This document shows, in pieces, positions 56,864 through 64,000 of a stretch of DNA of 64,000 bases (positions are counted from its first letter, which is position 1; each line of letters starts with the position of its first letter). The DNA is from Vicinamibacterales bacterium. Its GTDB lineage: Bacteria > Acidobacteriota > Vicinamibacteria > Vicinamibacterales > UBA8438. The DNA lies in assembly GCA_965202695.1 (NCBI GenBank), contig OZ241843.1, positions 4,352,701 to 4,416,700 of the forward strand. Direction: 5' to 3'. A model generated the notes under the pieces. That model was not told the DNA's origin, did not search any database, and was given only the letters and a program-made list of their open reading frames with translations. Both the position numbers and the translations under genes were made by a program.

Positions 56864-57907
56864 CTACGCCGGGACGGCGTCGCCGGCCCGCGCCAGGCGC
56901 CGGGCAATCTCCCGGACCACCTGCTGGCCGTGAAAGCGGCCGTTCTCGATGAAGATCCGTCCGCTGTGGATGCCGGAGATGACCTGCCCGGCCAGGAAGA
57001 GGTTGGGGACGTTGGTCTCGTACGTCTCCGGATCGTGGGCGGGCACCATCGTGGCGGGGTCGACGTCGATGCCGAAGCTCCGCAGCATCGCGGTGTCGGG
57101 ATGATAGCCGGTCAGCAGGAAGACGGCTTCGGCCGGCAGCGCCCGCCGCCCCGCCGCCGACTCGACGACGACCTCCCGCCGCCGGATCTCGACGACGCGG
57201 GTCTCGAAGAGCGCGGGTATCGAACCTTCCGCGATGCGGTTCTCGATGTCCGGCCGGACCCAGTACTTGATGCCCTCGCCCAGCTCGGCGCGGCGGTGCA
57301 CGAGGGTGACGCGGGCGCCCGAGCGATGCAGGTCGAGGGCCGTCTCCGCCGCCGAGTTCCTGCCGCCGACCACCACCACCTGCTTCCGGTAGCAGGGGTG
57401 CGCCTCGGTGTAGTAGTGCGAGACGTGCGGCAGGTCCTCGCCGGGAATCCCCAGCCGGTTGGGACAATCGTAGGCCCCGACGGCCACCACGACGGTGCGG
57501 GCGAACCGCCGGAACGCGCCCTCGTCCGGATGGTCGACGTCGACGGCCAGGACCGGCGCCCCGGCCGGCCCGGACTGCCGGCGGACGGCGGTCACCCCGC
57601 AGCCGAGCCGGACCGCGAGATCGAACGCGTCCACGGCGCGCCGGTAATAGCGCAGGGCCTCGTCGCGCGTCGGCTTGGCATAGGGGGTGACGAAGGGCAG
57701 GTCCCCGATCTCGAGCAGCTCGGGGGTCGTGAAGAAGACCATGTTGGTCGGGAAATTGAGGATCGAGTTGACCAGCGCGCTCCGTTCGAACACCTCGCAC
57801 TCGAGCCGCGCGCGCTGCGCCGCGATGGCCGTGGCGAGCCCCGCCGGCCCCGCCCCGACGACGACGACGTCCCGTACGGAATCCTGATCGCTCTGTCGAT
57901 GCGCCAT
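56864..57907 (-). CDS. ypdA: YpdA-family FAD-dependent (putative bacillithiol-disulfide) reductase.
   Basis: Has VVVVGAGPAGLATAI, SALVNSILNFPTNMVFFTTPELLEIGDLPF..AKPTRDEALRYYRR and VVVVGGRNSAAE, very similar to the YpdA pattern as I recall it. Confidence 0.8.
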   Translation of the reverse strand: MAHRQSDQDSVRDVVVVGAGPAGLATAIAAQRARLECEVFERSALVNSILNFPTNMVFFTTPELLEIGDLPFVTPYAKPTRDEALRYYRRAVDAFDLAVRLGCGVTAVRRQSGPAGAPVLAVDVDHPDEGAFRRFARTVVVAVGAYDCPNRLGIPGEDLPHVSHYYTEAHPCYRKQVVVVGGRNSAAETALDLHRSGARVTLVHRRAELGEGIKYWVRPDIENRIAEGSIPALFETRVVEIRRREVVVESAAGRRALPAEAVFLLTGYHPDTAMLRSFGIDVDPATMVPAHDPETYETNVPNLFLAGQVISGIHSGRIFIENGRFHGQQVVREIARRLARAGDAVPA

Positions 57908-57942
57908 GGTCCAGCCCGTTCAATCCCCGCCGCGCGTCCCCG

Positions 57943-58566
57943 CTAGCGCGCGCGGTATTCCACGTGCACGTCGCTGACCAGCGCGATGGCGCGGCCCAGC
58001 GCGGTCTCCGTCTCCTCACCGTCGACGCGTCGAACCTCGAGATCGAGCCCGACGATGCTGACCTCGGTGACGTCGGACGGCACGACGACCCGGATGCCCT
58101 CCGCCCCCACCGGCGCGATCGCCTTGACGCCGCCCGGTCCGGCCCCGCCGCGCACCCGGTCCACGAGATCGGCGGCGCCGTGGAACTCGGCGAGGACCAC
58201 GGGCCGCGCCAGCACCTCGTCGGCGCTCGCCACCGCGGCGGTGGCGAGGTATCTGGCGTATCCCCGGCCCCGCACCACCGCGTCCTCCGAGTAGGTGTGC
58301 CGGCCGTGCAGGGTGAACGTCAACGTCGCCGGTCCGCGGTGCGGCGGGATGCGGACGACGATGCCGTCGGCGATCTCGTCGCCGATCTGCACGTCGCAGT
58401 ACGTGCGGTCGGTATCGACCCCGATCCCGAGCTCGGAGGGGCACTCGACGTCGGCGGGCTCGACGCGGCGCGACTGCGCGCCGGCCGAGACGACGGCCGC
58501 GGCCGCCAGGGCGCACGAGACCGCCGCCGTCCGCCGCCTCCGGCGCCGCTCAGCCCTGCCCGGCAT
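57943..58566 (-). CDS. Secreted hypothetical protein.
   Basis: Arg-rich N-terminus plus a hydrophobic signal-like segment, then non-shadow composition (…[51 protein letters not shown]…). No family recognised. Confidence 0.55.
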   Translation of the reverse strand: MPGRAERRRRRRTAAVSCALAAAAVVSAGAQSRRVEPADVECPSELGIGVDTDRTYCDVQIGDEIADGIVVRIPPHRGPATLTFTLHGRHTYSEDAVVRGRGYARYLATAAVASADEVLARPVVLAEFHGAADLVDRVRGGAGPGGVKAIAPVGAEGIRVVVPSDVTEVSIVGLDLEVRRVDGEETETALGRAIALVSDVHVEYRAR

Positions 58567-59209
58567 CCGTGGCGTGCTCCGAAGCGTTCCGGAGGGCGGC
58601 GGCGCCGCTCCCCAGCCGCAACAGGTTGAGGAACTCCATGCGCGTGCGGGCGTCGGTGCGGAACACGCCGTGCATGGCGCTGGTCAGCGCCACCGAGTTC
58701 TGCTTCTCCACGCCGCGCATGGCCATGCACAGATGGGTGGCCTCCATCACCACCGCGACCCCCAGGGGGCTCGCCTTGGCCGCGATGGTCTCGGCGATCT
58801 GGCTCGTCAGCCGCTCCTGCACCTGCAGCCGGCGGCTGAACACCTCCACCAGCCGGGGCAGCTTGCTCAGTCCGACGACCTTCCCGTCGGGCACGTAGGC
58901 GACGTGGCACCGGCCGAAGAAGGGCAGGAGATGGTGCTCGCACAGGCTGTAGAAGTCGATGTCCTTCACGATGACCATCTCGCTGTAGTCCACCGTGAAG
59001 AGGGCGTCGTTGACGACGTCGTCGACGTCCTGATCGTAGCCGCTGGTCAGGAACCGCAACGCCTTCGCCACCCGGTCGGGGGTCCTGACCAGCCCTTCGC
59101 GCGTCGGGTCCTCGCCGAGCCCGGCGAGCAGCACCCGCACCGCGGCGGCGACGCCGCCTTCGGGGGCGCGGACGGCGGCCGGCGGCGCCTCAGTACCGGA
59201 AGAAGCCAT
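58550..59209 (-). CDS. folE: GTP cyclohydrolase I (FolE type 1).
   Basis: Has [47 protein letters not shown] and RLQVQERLT. The 5' end overlaps the hbd 3' end by 20 nt and the 3' end overlaps the next ORF start by 17 nt. Confidence 0.9.
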   Translation of the reverse strand: MASSGTEAPPAAVRAPEGGVAAAVRVLLAGLGEDPTREGLVRTPDRVAKALRFLTSGYDQDVDDVVNDALFTVDYSEMVIVKDIDFYSLCEHHLLPFFGRCHVAYVPDGKVVGLSKLPRLVEVFSRRLQVQERLTSQIAETIAAKASPLGVAVVMEATHLCMAMRGVEKQNSVALTSAMHGVFRTDARTRMEFLNLLRLGSGAAALRNASEHATDAGQG

Positions 59210-60050
59210 GACCGGTCTTGCGCCCGAGCCGCCCCGCCAGGACCAGCCGCTTCAGCAGCGGCGGCGGGGCGTACGCCGGGTCGCGGAACTCCTCGAACAT
59301 GATGCCGGCGATGTAGTAGGTGGTGTCGAGGCCGATGAAGTCGGCCAGCGCGAACGGACCCATCGGGTGGCCGCACCCCCGGGTCATCGCGGCGTCGATG
59401 TCCTCCAGCGTACCGCATCCCTGCTCGTGGGCCCGCACGGCGCTGAGCAGATAGGGGATGAGCAGCCGGTTGACGATGAACCCGGGGCGGTCCGGCGCGG
59501 TCACCGGCTCCTTGCCGAGCGACTTCGCGAAGGCGGCGACCCGCGCGCAGGTGGCTTCGGTCGTCGACAAGCCGCGGATGACCTCGACCAGGGACATGCG
59601 CGGCACCGGACTGAAGAAGTGCAGCCCGATGAACTTGTCCGGCCGCGCGGTCGCGGCCGCCAGCTCGGTGATGCAGACCGACGACGTGTTCGAGCACAGC
59701 ACCGTCTCGGGACCCACCACCGGCTCGACCGCCGCGAACGCCGCCTTCTTGGCGGCGACGTTCTCGACGATCGCCTCGACGATCAGGTCGCTCTCGGCGA
59801 GGTCGTCGAAGCGGACGGTCCCGCCGAGGCGCCCGCGCGCCGCGTCGCGCGCCTCGCGCGACAGCTTGCCGCGGGCCGCCGCGGCGTCGAGAGACCGCTC
59901 GATACGGCCCAGCCCGGCGTCCAGGGCGGCCTGATCCACCTCCCGCACGACGGTCCGATACCCCGCCCGGGCGCAGACCTCGGCGATGCCGGAGCCCATC
60001 AGTCCGCAACCCAGCACGCCGACGACCTCTATCGTTCCGTTGTCCGTCAC
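59190..60050 (-). CDS. hbd: 3-hydroxybutyryl-CoA / 3-hydroxyacyl-CoA dehydrogenase.
   Basis: Has [53 protein letters not shown] and [14 protein letters not shown]. Confidence 0.9.
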   Translation of the reverse strand: MTDNGTIEVVGVLGCGLMGSGIAEVCARAGYRTVVREVDQAALDAGLGRIERSLDAAAARGKLSREARDAARGRLGGTVRFDDLAESDLIVEAIVENVAAKKAAFAAVEPVVGPETVLCSNTSSVCITELAAATARPDKFIGLHFFSPVPRMSLVEVIRGLSTTEATCARVAAFAKSLGKEPVTAPDRPGFIVNRLLIPYLLSAVRAHEQGCGTLEDIDAAMTRGCGHPMGPFALADFIGLDTTYYIAGIMFEEFRDPAYAPPPLLKRLVLAGRLGRKTGHGFFRY

Positions 60051-60232
60051 CCTTGTTCCTGCAACGCATGGACGGGCGGCCGCCGGGGTCGAGGGCCTCG
60101 CCGCCCGAAGGCGAAACGCGCGGCGTCGCCCTGGCCCGCGGAGCGGCGACGCGCGCCCCGGCGGCCGCCGCTCACCGCCTGACCGACCCGGTCGCGCAAC
60201 GCAACGTCAGGCGACGCCGCGCAACGCCCGAC

Positions 60233-60264
60233 AAAAAAACGGGGCGGGCCAGTGAGCCCGCCCC
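60233..60264 (-). terminator. Rho-independent terminator (minus strand).
   Basis: A perfect 9-bp GC stem (GGGGCGGGC at 60241-60249 pairs with GCCCGCCCC at 60256-60264) with a 6-nt loop. On the minus strand it is followed by T7 (A7 on plus, 60233-60239). Confidence 0.8.
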
Positions 60265-60475
60265 GCCTTCGCCGCGGCCGGAGTCGCCTCAGTGCGGTCG
60301 AACGGGCAGACTGGCGCCCATGTGGCCCGGACCGGCCGCGACGTGAACCACCGGCGGAAGCGCCGCCGCCATCAGCGCATGGGTTCTCATCATGCAACGG
60401 GATGACCGCGACAGACTAGCACACCCTGTCAACCCTTCTTCAAGCGATGGGCGCACGTCAAGCAACGAAAGCCGT

Positions 60476-61471
60476 TCAGGAGGGGTCGGCCAGCGCCAGC
60501 AGCAGATCGAGCGCCTCGGCGGGCAGGTGGAAGGACAACGTCACCGCGGTCCCCGTCCCGCCGGTCTCCAGCGAGTCGAGGATCGCCTGCAGCTCCGGGA
60601 CGCCCAGCGACTGCAGCTGGGCCAGCGCCACGAAGCCGCGGACGACGTCGCGCAGGTTCTGCGCCGCCTCGTCGTCCCGGCCCTCGACGGTCAGCGAAAC
60701 GCCGAGTCCGCCGTCGAACCGGCCCTGCGCCGCGAACGCGGTCACCGGCGGGAGCCGCTCGGAGAGCGTCTCCGGCACCCACCCGAAGAGCCCCGCGTCC
60801 GCGAACCGCCCCACCGCCCAGGCGCTGCTGCGGGGGTCGATCCGGCCCAGAAGGCGCACCATCTCCGCGTTCGAGGCGACGTCCTCCTCGGCGGGGACAC
60901 GCGCCGCGGCGCGCCGAACCGCGGCCAGCTCCCCGACCGCCGCCAGTCCCGGCGCCAGGAACGCCATGGCCAGCGACCCGGCGTCGTCGACACCGGGGCC
61001 GACGATGCGGACGCCGTTCTCCTCGCGCAGCACCGCGCCGGCGGCGCGGGCCGCCGCCTCGACCCGCGCGGCGTCGAAGCGCCCGGAGAACAGGGCCAGC
61101 GCCGACGCGCCGCCCCCGTCCGCGGGGTCCGCCGGCGCGCCGGCCGGCGCCCAGAACGCCAGGACCCCGTCGATGTCCCGTTCGACGTCCAGGCCCAGGC
61201 GCCGTTCGAGCCGTTCGCGCCCGCCGCCGGCCGGCGCGGCCCGCCGCAGCCGCTCCCCGAACTCCGACGCCAGCACCGCGCGCACGTCGGCCCAGGCGAC
61301 GGCCGTCGCGTCCGCCGGCACGAACGCCAGCGCCGCGGGAGCGTCGGCCGCGACCCCGCGCGCGGCCCCGCGGTTCAGGTACGCGGCCAGCCCGCCGCAG
61401 AGCCCGGCCGCGAGCACGCCGCACGAGGCGAGCACGAAGTAGCGCGTCCGGCGCGAGAGGGTGGCGATCAT
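60476..61471 (-). CDS. Membrane-anchored hypothetical protein.
   Basis: N-terminal TM segment (YFVLASCGVLAAGLCGGLAAYL), then an Ala-rich but non-shadow sequence ending ...SLETGGTGTAVTLSFHLPAEALDLLLALADPS. Same strand as, and downstream of, the ABC-2 genes. Confidence 0.55.
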   Translation of the reverse strand: MIATLSRRTRYFVLASCGVLAAGLCGGLAAYLNRGAARGVAADAPAALAFVPADATAVAWADVRAVLASEFGERLRRAAPAGGGRERLERRLGLDVERDIDGVLAFWAPAGAPADPADGGGASALALFSGRFDAARVEAAARAAGAVLREENGVRIVGPGVDDAGSLAMAFLAPGLAAVGELAAVRRAAARVPAEEDVASNAEMVRLLGRIDPRSSAWAVGRFADAGLFGWVPETLSERLPPVTAFAAQGRFDGGLGVSLTVEGRDDEAAQNLRDVVRGFVALAQLQSLGVPELQAILDSLETGGTGTAVTLSFHLPAEALDLLLALADPS

Positions 61472-61578
61472 CGAATCTTCCGCGCCCCGCCAGCGTGGTC
61501 CGTTACGCCTCCATCATACCGCCGGAGCGTCCGCGGACACCCCGGCGGACGACGCCGCGGCGGCGCCCGCGGCCCGGC

Positions 61579-62466
61579 TCACTGCTCCAGCACGTACTCG
61601 CGGCGCCGGACGAGCCGGACCGCGAGTCCGAGTCCGCCGATTGCGATCGCCGCGAGCCCGGCGAGACTCACCGTCACCGACGGCAGGACGTCGTTCGCCT
61701 GCAGCGCCTGGAGGACGAGGCCGGTCACCGTGCCGTCCCGCGGCATGGCGTGGGGGACCAGCCCCTGCAGGTAGTAGGAGACCGTGAACCGCTTCATGTA
61801 GCCGGGCACGAAGACGACGATCGGCTCCCAGCCGAAGACGAACACGAGGCCGGTCAGGAGCGGACGCCTGAACACCACGCCGACGAGCGCGAAGAGGGCG
61901 CCGTAGACGGCCAGTCCCACGGCCAGCAGGGCGAGGTCCTTCAGCAGGTCGGGGAAGCCGGCGCCGATGCTCCCGCCCAGGAGCGGCGCCACGAGGAAGA
62001 ACACCAGCATCACCGAGGGCAGCACCAGCAGGCCGGTGCACACCAGATAGGCGAGATACTTGCCGACGAGGATCGCGCCCCGCGGCAGCGGACGGGTGAA
62101 GAGGTAGGTGATGGTCCTGTCCTCGACCTCGTCCGCGATCAGGGACGTCCCGTAGAACACGCCGAGCAACGGGACCGAGAAGCTGAGATAGAAGCCCCAG
62201 ATCATCAACCCGAAGATCACCGGACCGTCGGCGGTCACCGGCCGGCCGCCGACGACCCCGCTGGCCGTGAACAGGTCCATCGACACCAGCAGGCGCAGGA
62301 TGAGGGCCACGGCGACCGGCCCCCCCACCACCAGCGCCATGAACACCGTCCGGCGCGACCACAGCATCTGGCCGAACGACAGTTCGAAGATCCGCGCCAC
62401 CGACTCCGGGAAGGACGGTCCGGCCGGGGCCGGCTTCGGCGGCGGCGGCTCGCGGGAGCTGGACAT
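61579..62466 (-). CDS. ABC-2-type transporter permease.
   Basis: Six hydrophobic segments and the motif LIADEVEDRTITYLFTRPLPRGAILVGKYLA, typical of ABC-2 / NosY-GldF-like permeases. Confidence 0.8.
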   Translation of the reverse strand: MSSSREPPPPKPAPAGPSFPESVARIFELSFGQMLWSRRTVFMALVVGGPVAVALILRLLVSMDLFTASGVVGGRPVTADGPVIFGLMIWGFYLSFSVPLLGVFYGTSLIADEVEDRTITYLFTRPLPRGAILVGKYLAYLVCTGLLVLPSVMLVFFLVAPLLGGSIGAGFPDLLKDLALLAVGLAVYGALFALVGVVFRRPLLTGLVFVFGWEPIVVFVPGYMKRFTVSYYLQGLVPHAMPRDGTVTGLVLQALQANDVLPSVTVSLAGLAAIAIGGLGLAVRLVRRREYVLEQ

Positions 62467-62532
62467 GGCGGCGGGAACCTGTTCGAGAGACGGCCGGACA
62501 CCGCCCGCGGGCCGTCGGCCGGCGGCGGGAAA

Positions 62533-63456
62533 CTACTTCACGAGATAGTCGAACACCGCCTGCAGGTTGTCGTCGGGCGAACTGACCTCGAGGATCTCGC
62601 CCAGGGCGCCGGTCGCCGCCGCCTCCGTCAACCGCCCGTAGAAGGCGTCGGGCCGGCGGGTCTCCAGCACCACCGCGTCGTCCTCGAACTGCAGGCTCCT
62701 CACGTCGTCGTGGGCGATCAGGCCGCGCGCCAGCCCCCGCGGGTCGCCGGCGCGAATCCGCACCTTGTGCGGATGATCGTCGATCAGGCCGCGAATGGTG
62801 TGGACGTTGCCCTCGGCGAGGATCCGGCCGTTGTGCATGAGCAGGATCGTGGCGGTCATCGCCTCGATCTCGTGCAGGACGTGACTCGACACGAGGATGC
62901 TCCGGCCCCGCGCGGCCCGGTCCTTCACCAGCCGTATGACCCTGCGCCGCGCAATGGGGTCCATGCCCGCCAGCGGTTCGTCCAGCACCAGCAGCTCCGG
63001 GTCGTGCGCGATGGCCTGCGCCAGCTTGACCCGCTGGCGCATCCCCTTGCTGTAGGCCCCGATCCGGCGTCCGGCGGCGTCGAGCAGATCGACCTGATCG
63101 AGCGCGCTCCGGGCGGCCTCGGCGGCCTCGGCCTCGGACAGCCCGTTGAGCCGCACCAGCGCCGTCACCCACTCCATCCCCGTCATCCGCTCGTAGAAGG
63201 CGTCCTGCTCGGGGCAGAACCCCAGCCGGAAGTAGAGCGGCGGATTGTCCCAGACGGGCTCGCCCAGCACCGCCACGGTCCCCTTGCCGGGCTTGAGCTG
63301 GCCGGTGATCAACTTGAGGAAGGTGGACTTGCCGGCGCCGTTGGGCCCCAGCAGGCCGGTGACGCCGCCGCCGACCTCGACCGAGACGTCGTTGAGCCCG
63401 ATGACCTGCCCGTACCACTTCGACAGGTGCTCGGCCGCCACCACCGGGGCGCTCAC
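62533..63456 (-). CDS. ABC transporter ATP-binding protein.
   Basis: Has Walker A GLLGPNGAGKST, the signature YSKGMRQR and Walker B LLVLDEPLAGMD. The GTG start at 63456-63454 overlaps the upstream permease stop (GTGA), so the listed start at 63621 was rejected. Confidence 0.9.
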   Translation of the reverse strand: MSAPVVAAEHLSKWYGQVIGLNDVSVEVGGGVTGLLGPNGAGKSTFLKLITGQLKPGKGTVAVLGEPVWDNPPLYFRLGFCPEQDAFYERMTGMEWVTALVRLNGLSEAEAAEAARSALDQVDLLDAAGRRIGAYSKGMRQRVKLAQAIAHDPELLVLDEPLAGMDPIARRRVIRLVKDRAARGRSILVSSHVLHEIEAMTATILLMHNGRILAEGNVHTIRGLIDDHPHKVRIRAGDPRGLARGLIAHDDVRSLQFEDDAVVLETRRPDAFYGRLTEAAATGALGEILEVSSPDDNLQAVFDYLVK

Positions 63457-64000
63457 GTCACCACCTCCACCCCGCGCACCCGGCGTTCGAGCACCACGAT
63501 CGACAGGCCGATCAGCAGCACGACCACGAGCACCGACAGCAGCCAGGGCGACTCGAACCGCGGCGGGAGCCGGAAGACGACGTCGCCGATCTGATCGAGG
63601 TTGGCCCGTACCGACAGCCACGCCAGCATCGAACTGCGCGTGGCGCCGCGGAGGATCGCGAACACCGCGGCCGTGAAGAAGAGCGCGCCCGCGTAGAGCA
63701 CCGCCGCATAGCGGGCGCTGGTCGACAGCGACGACAGGGCCAGCATGGTGAAGGAGGCCAGCGCCACCTCCACCAGGGCGTACAACGTGACGGCCGGCAC
63801 CAGGAACGGATGCTCGCCCAGGAAGGCCAGGCTGGCCGAGAACATCACCTCCAGCAGCAGGAGCGCCAGGGCCGGCGCCAGGGTCACCAGCAGGAGGAAG
63901 AACCCCAGGATGCCCAGCTTGCCGGCCACGTACTCGGCGCGGCCGAGCGGCTTCGACAGGTATATCTGCAGGGCGTTCGAGCGCCGGTCGTTCGCGATCA
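63453..64000 (-). CDS. ABC-2-type transporter permease, N-terminus beyond the right window edge.
   Basis: Listed ORF 63453..63929 stays open in frame upstream to the window end (…IANDRRSNALQIYLSKPLGRAEYVAGKLGILG…), which is the typical ABC-2 permease loop motif. Confidence 0.75.
   Translation of the reverse strand, partial: IANDRRSNALQIYLSKPLGRAEYVAGKLGILGFFLLLVTLAPALALLLLEVMFSASLAFLGEHPFLVPAVTLYALVEVALASFTMLALSSLSTSARYAAVLYAGALFFTAAVFAILRGATRSSMLAWLSVRANLDQIGDVVFRLPPRFESPWLLSVLVVVLLIGLSIVVLERRVRGVEVVT

Overview
This is a gene-dense, very GC-rich bacterial chromosomal segment. Hand counts on single 60-nt lines give about 77% GC in backbone genes. I call about 56 protein-coding genes across both strands. 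I found no rRNA, tRNA, CRISPR array, transposase or integrase. All functional calls come from reading the translated ORFs and recognising motifs from memory; no searches were run.

The backbone is housekeeping and central metabolism: monomeric isocitrate dehydrogenase, thiolase, NadE, Dut, MetF, LipA, Lpd, FolE and 3-hydroxyacyl-CoA dehydrogenase. It also carries transporters (DASS, OPT, MFS, SSS, ABC-2) and envelope functions. Many long ORFs in the supplied track are Arg/Pro/Gly-rich antisense or out-of-frame shadows typical of high-GC DNA, and I discarded them. Several real genes are only the 3' portions of listed ORFs, so I re-picked their starts.

The most interesting observations are:
1. 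A large ORF missing from the track because it runs off the left edge (2..2251, minus). It fuses an ImmA/IrrE-type HEXXH peptidase to an RlmJ-like methyltransferase fold and is preceded by a tightly coupled small 3-Cys protein.
2. A lower-GC glycan-biosynthesis cassette (about 37.1-46.1 kb). Its 8-kb core is bracketed by an inverted pair of very long homopolymers, G22 at 38240-38261 and C27 at 46277-46303. Each tract sits in the leader of an inward-reading outer gene.
3. A family of roughly 80-190 bp interspersed intergenic repeats, with seven copies. One copy supplies the 3' end and an 18-bp tandem expansion of nadE.
4. An orphan ferredoxin-nuoB-nuoI operon with no other complex I genes nearby.
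5. An OPT transporter translationally coupled to a PqqD-like protein.
6. A 1040-aa peptidase-like/TolB-like/Omp85-like fusion behind a near-consensus sigma-54 promoter.
7. An M49-like peptidase followed by a ChlI/MoxR-like AAA+ and vWA pair.

The gene repertoire vaguely suggests Acidobacteriota or Gemmatimonadota, but that is only a guess.
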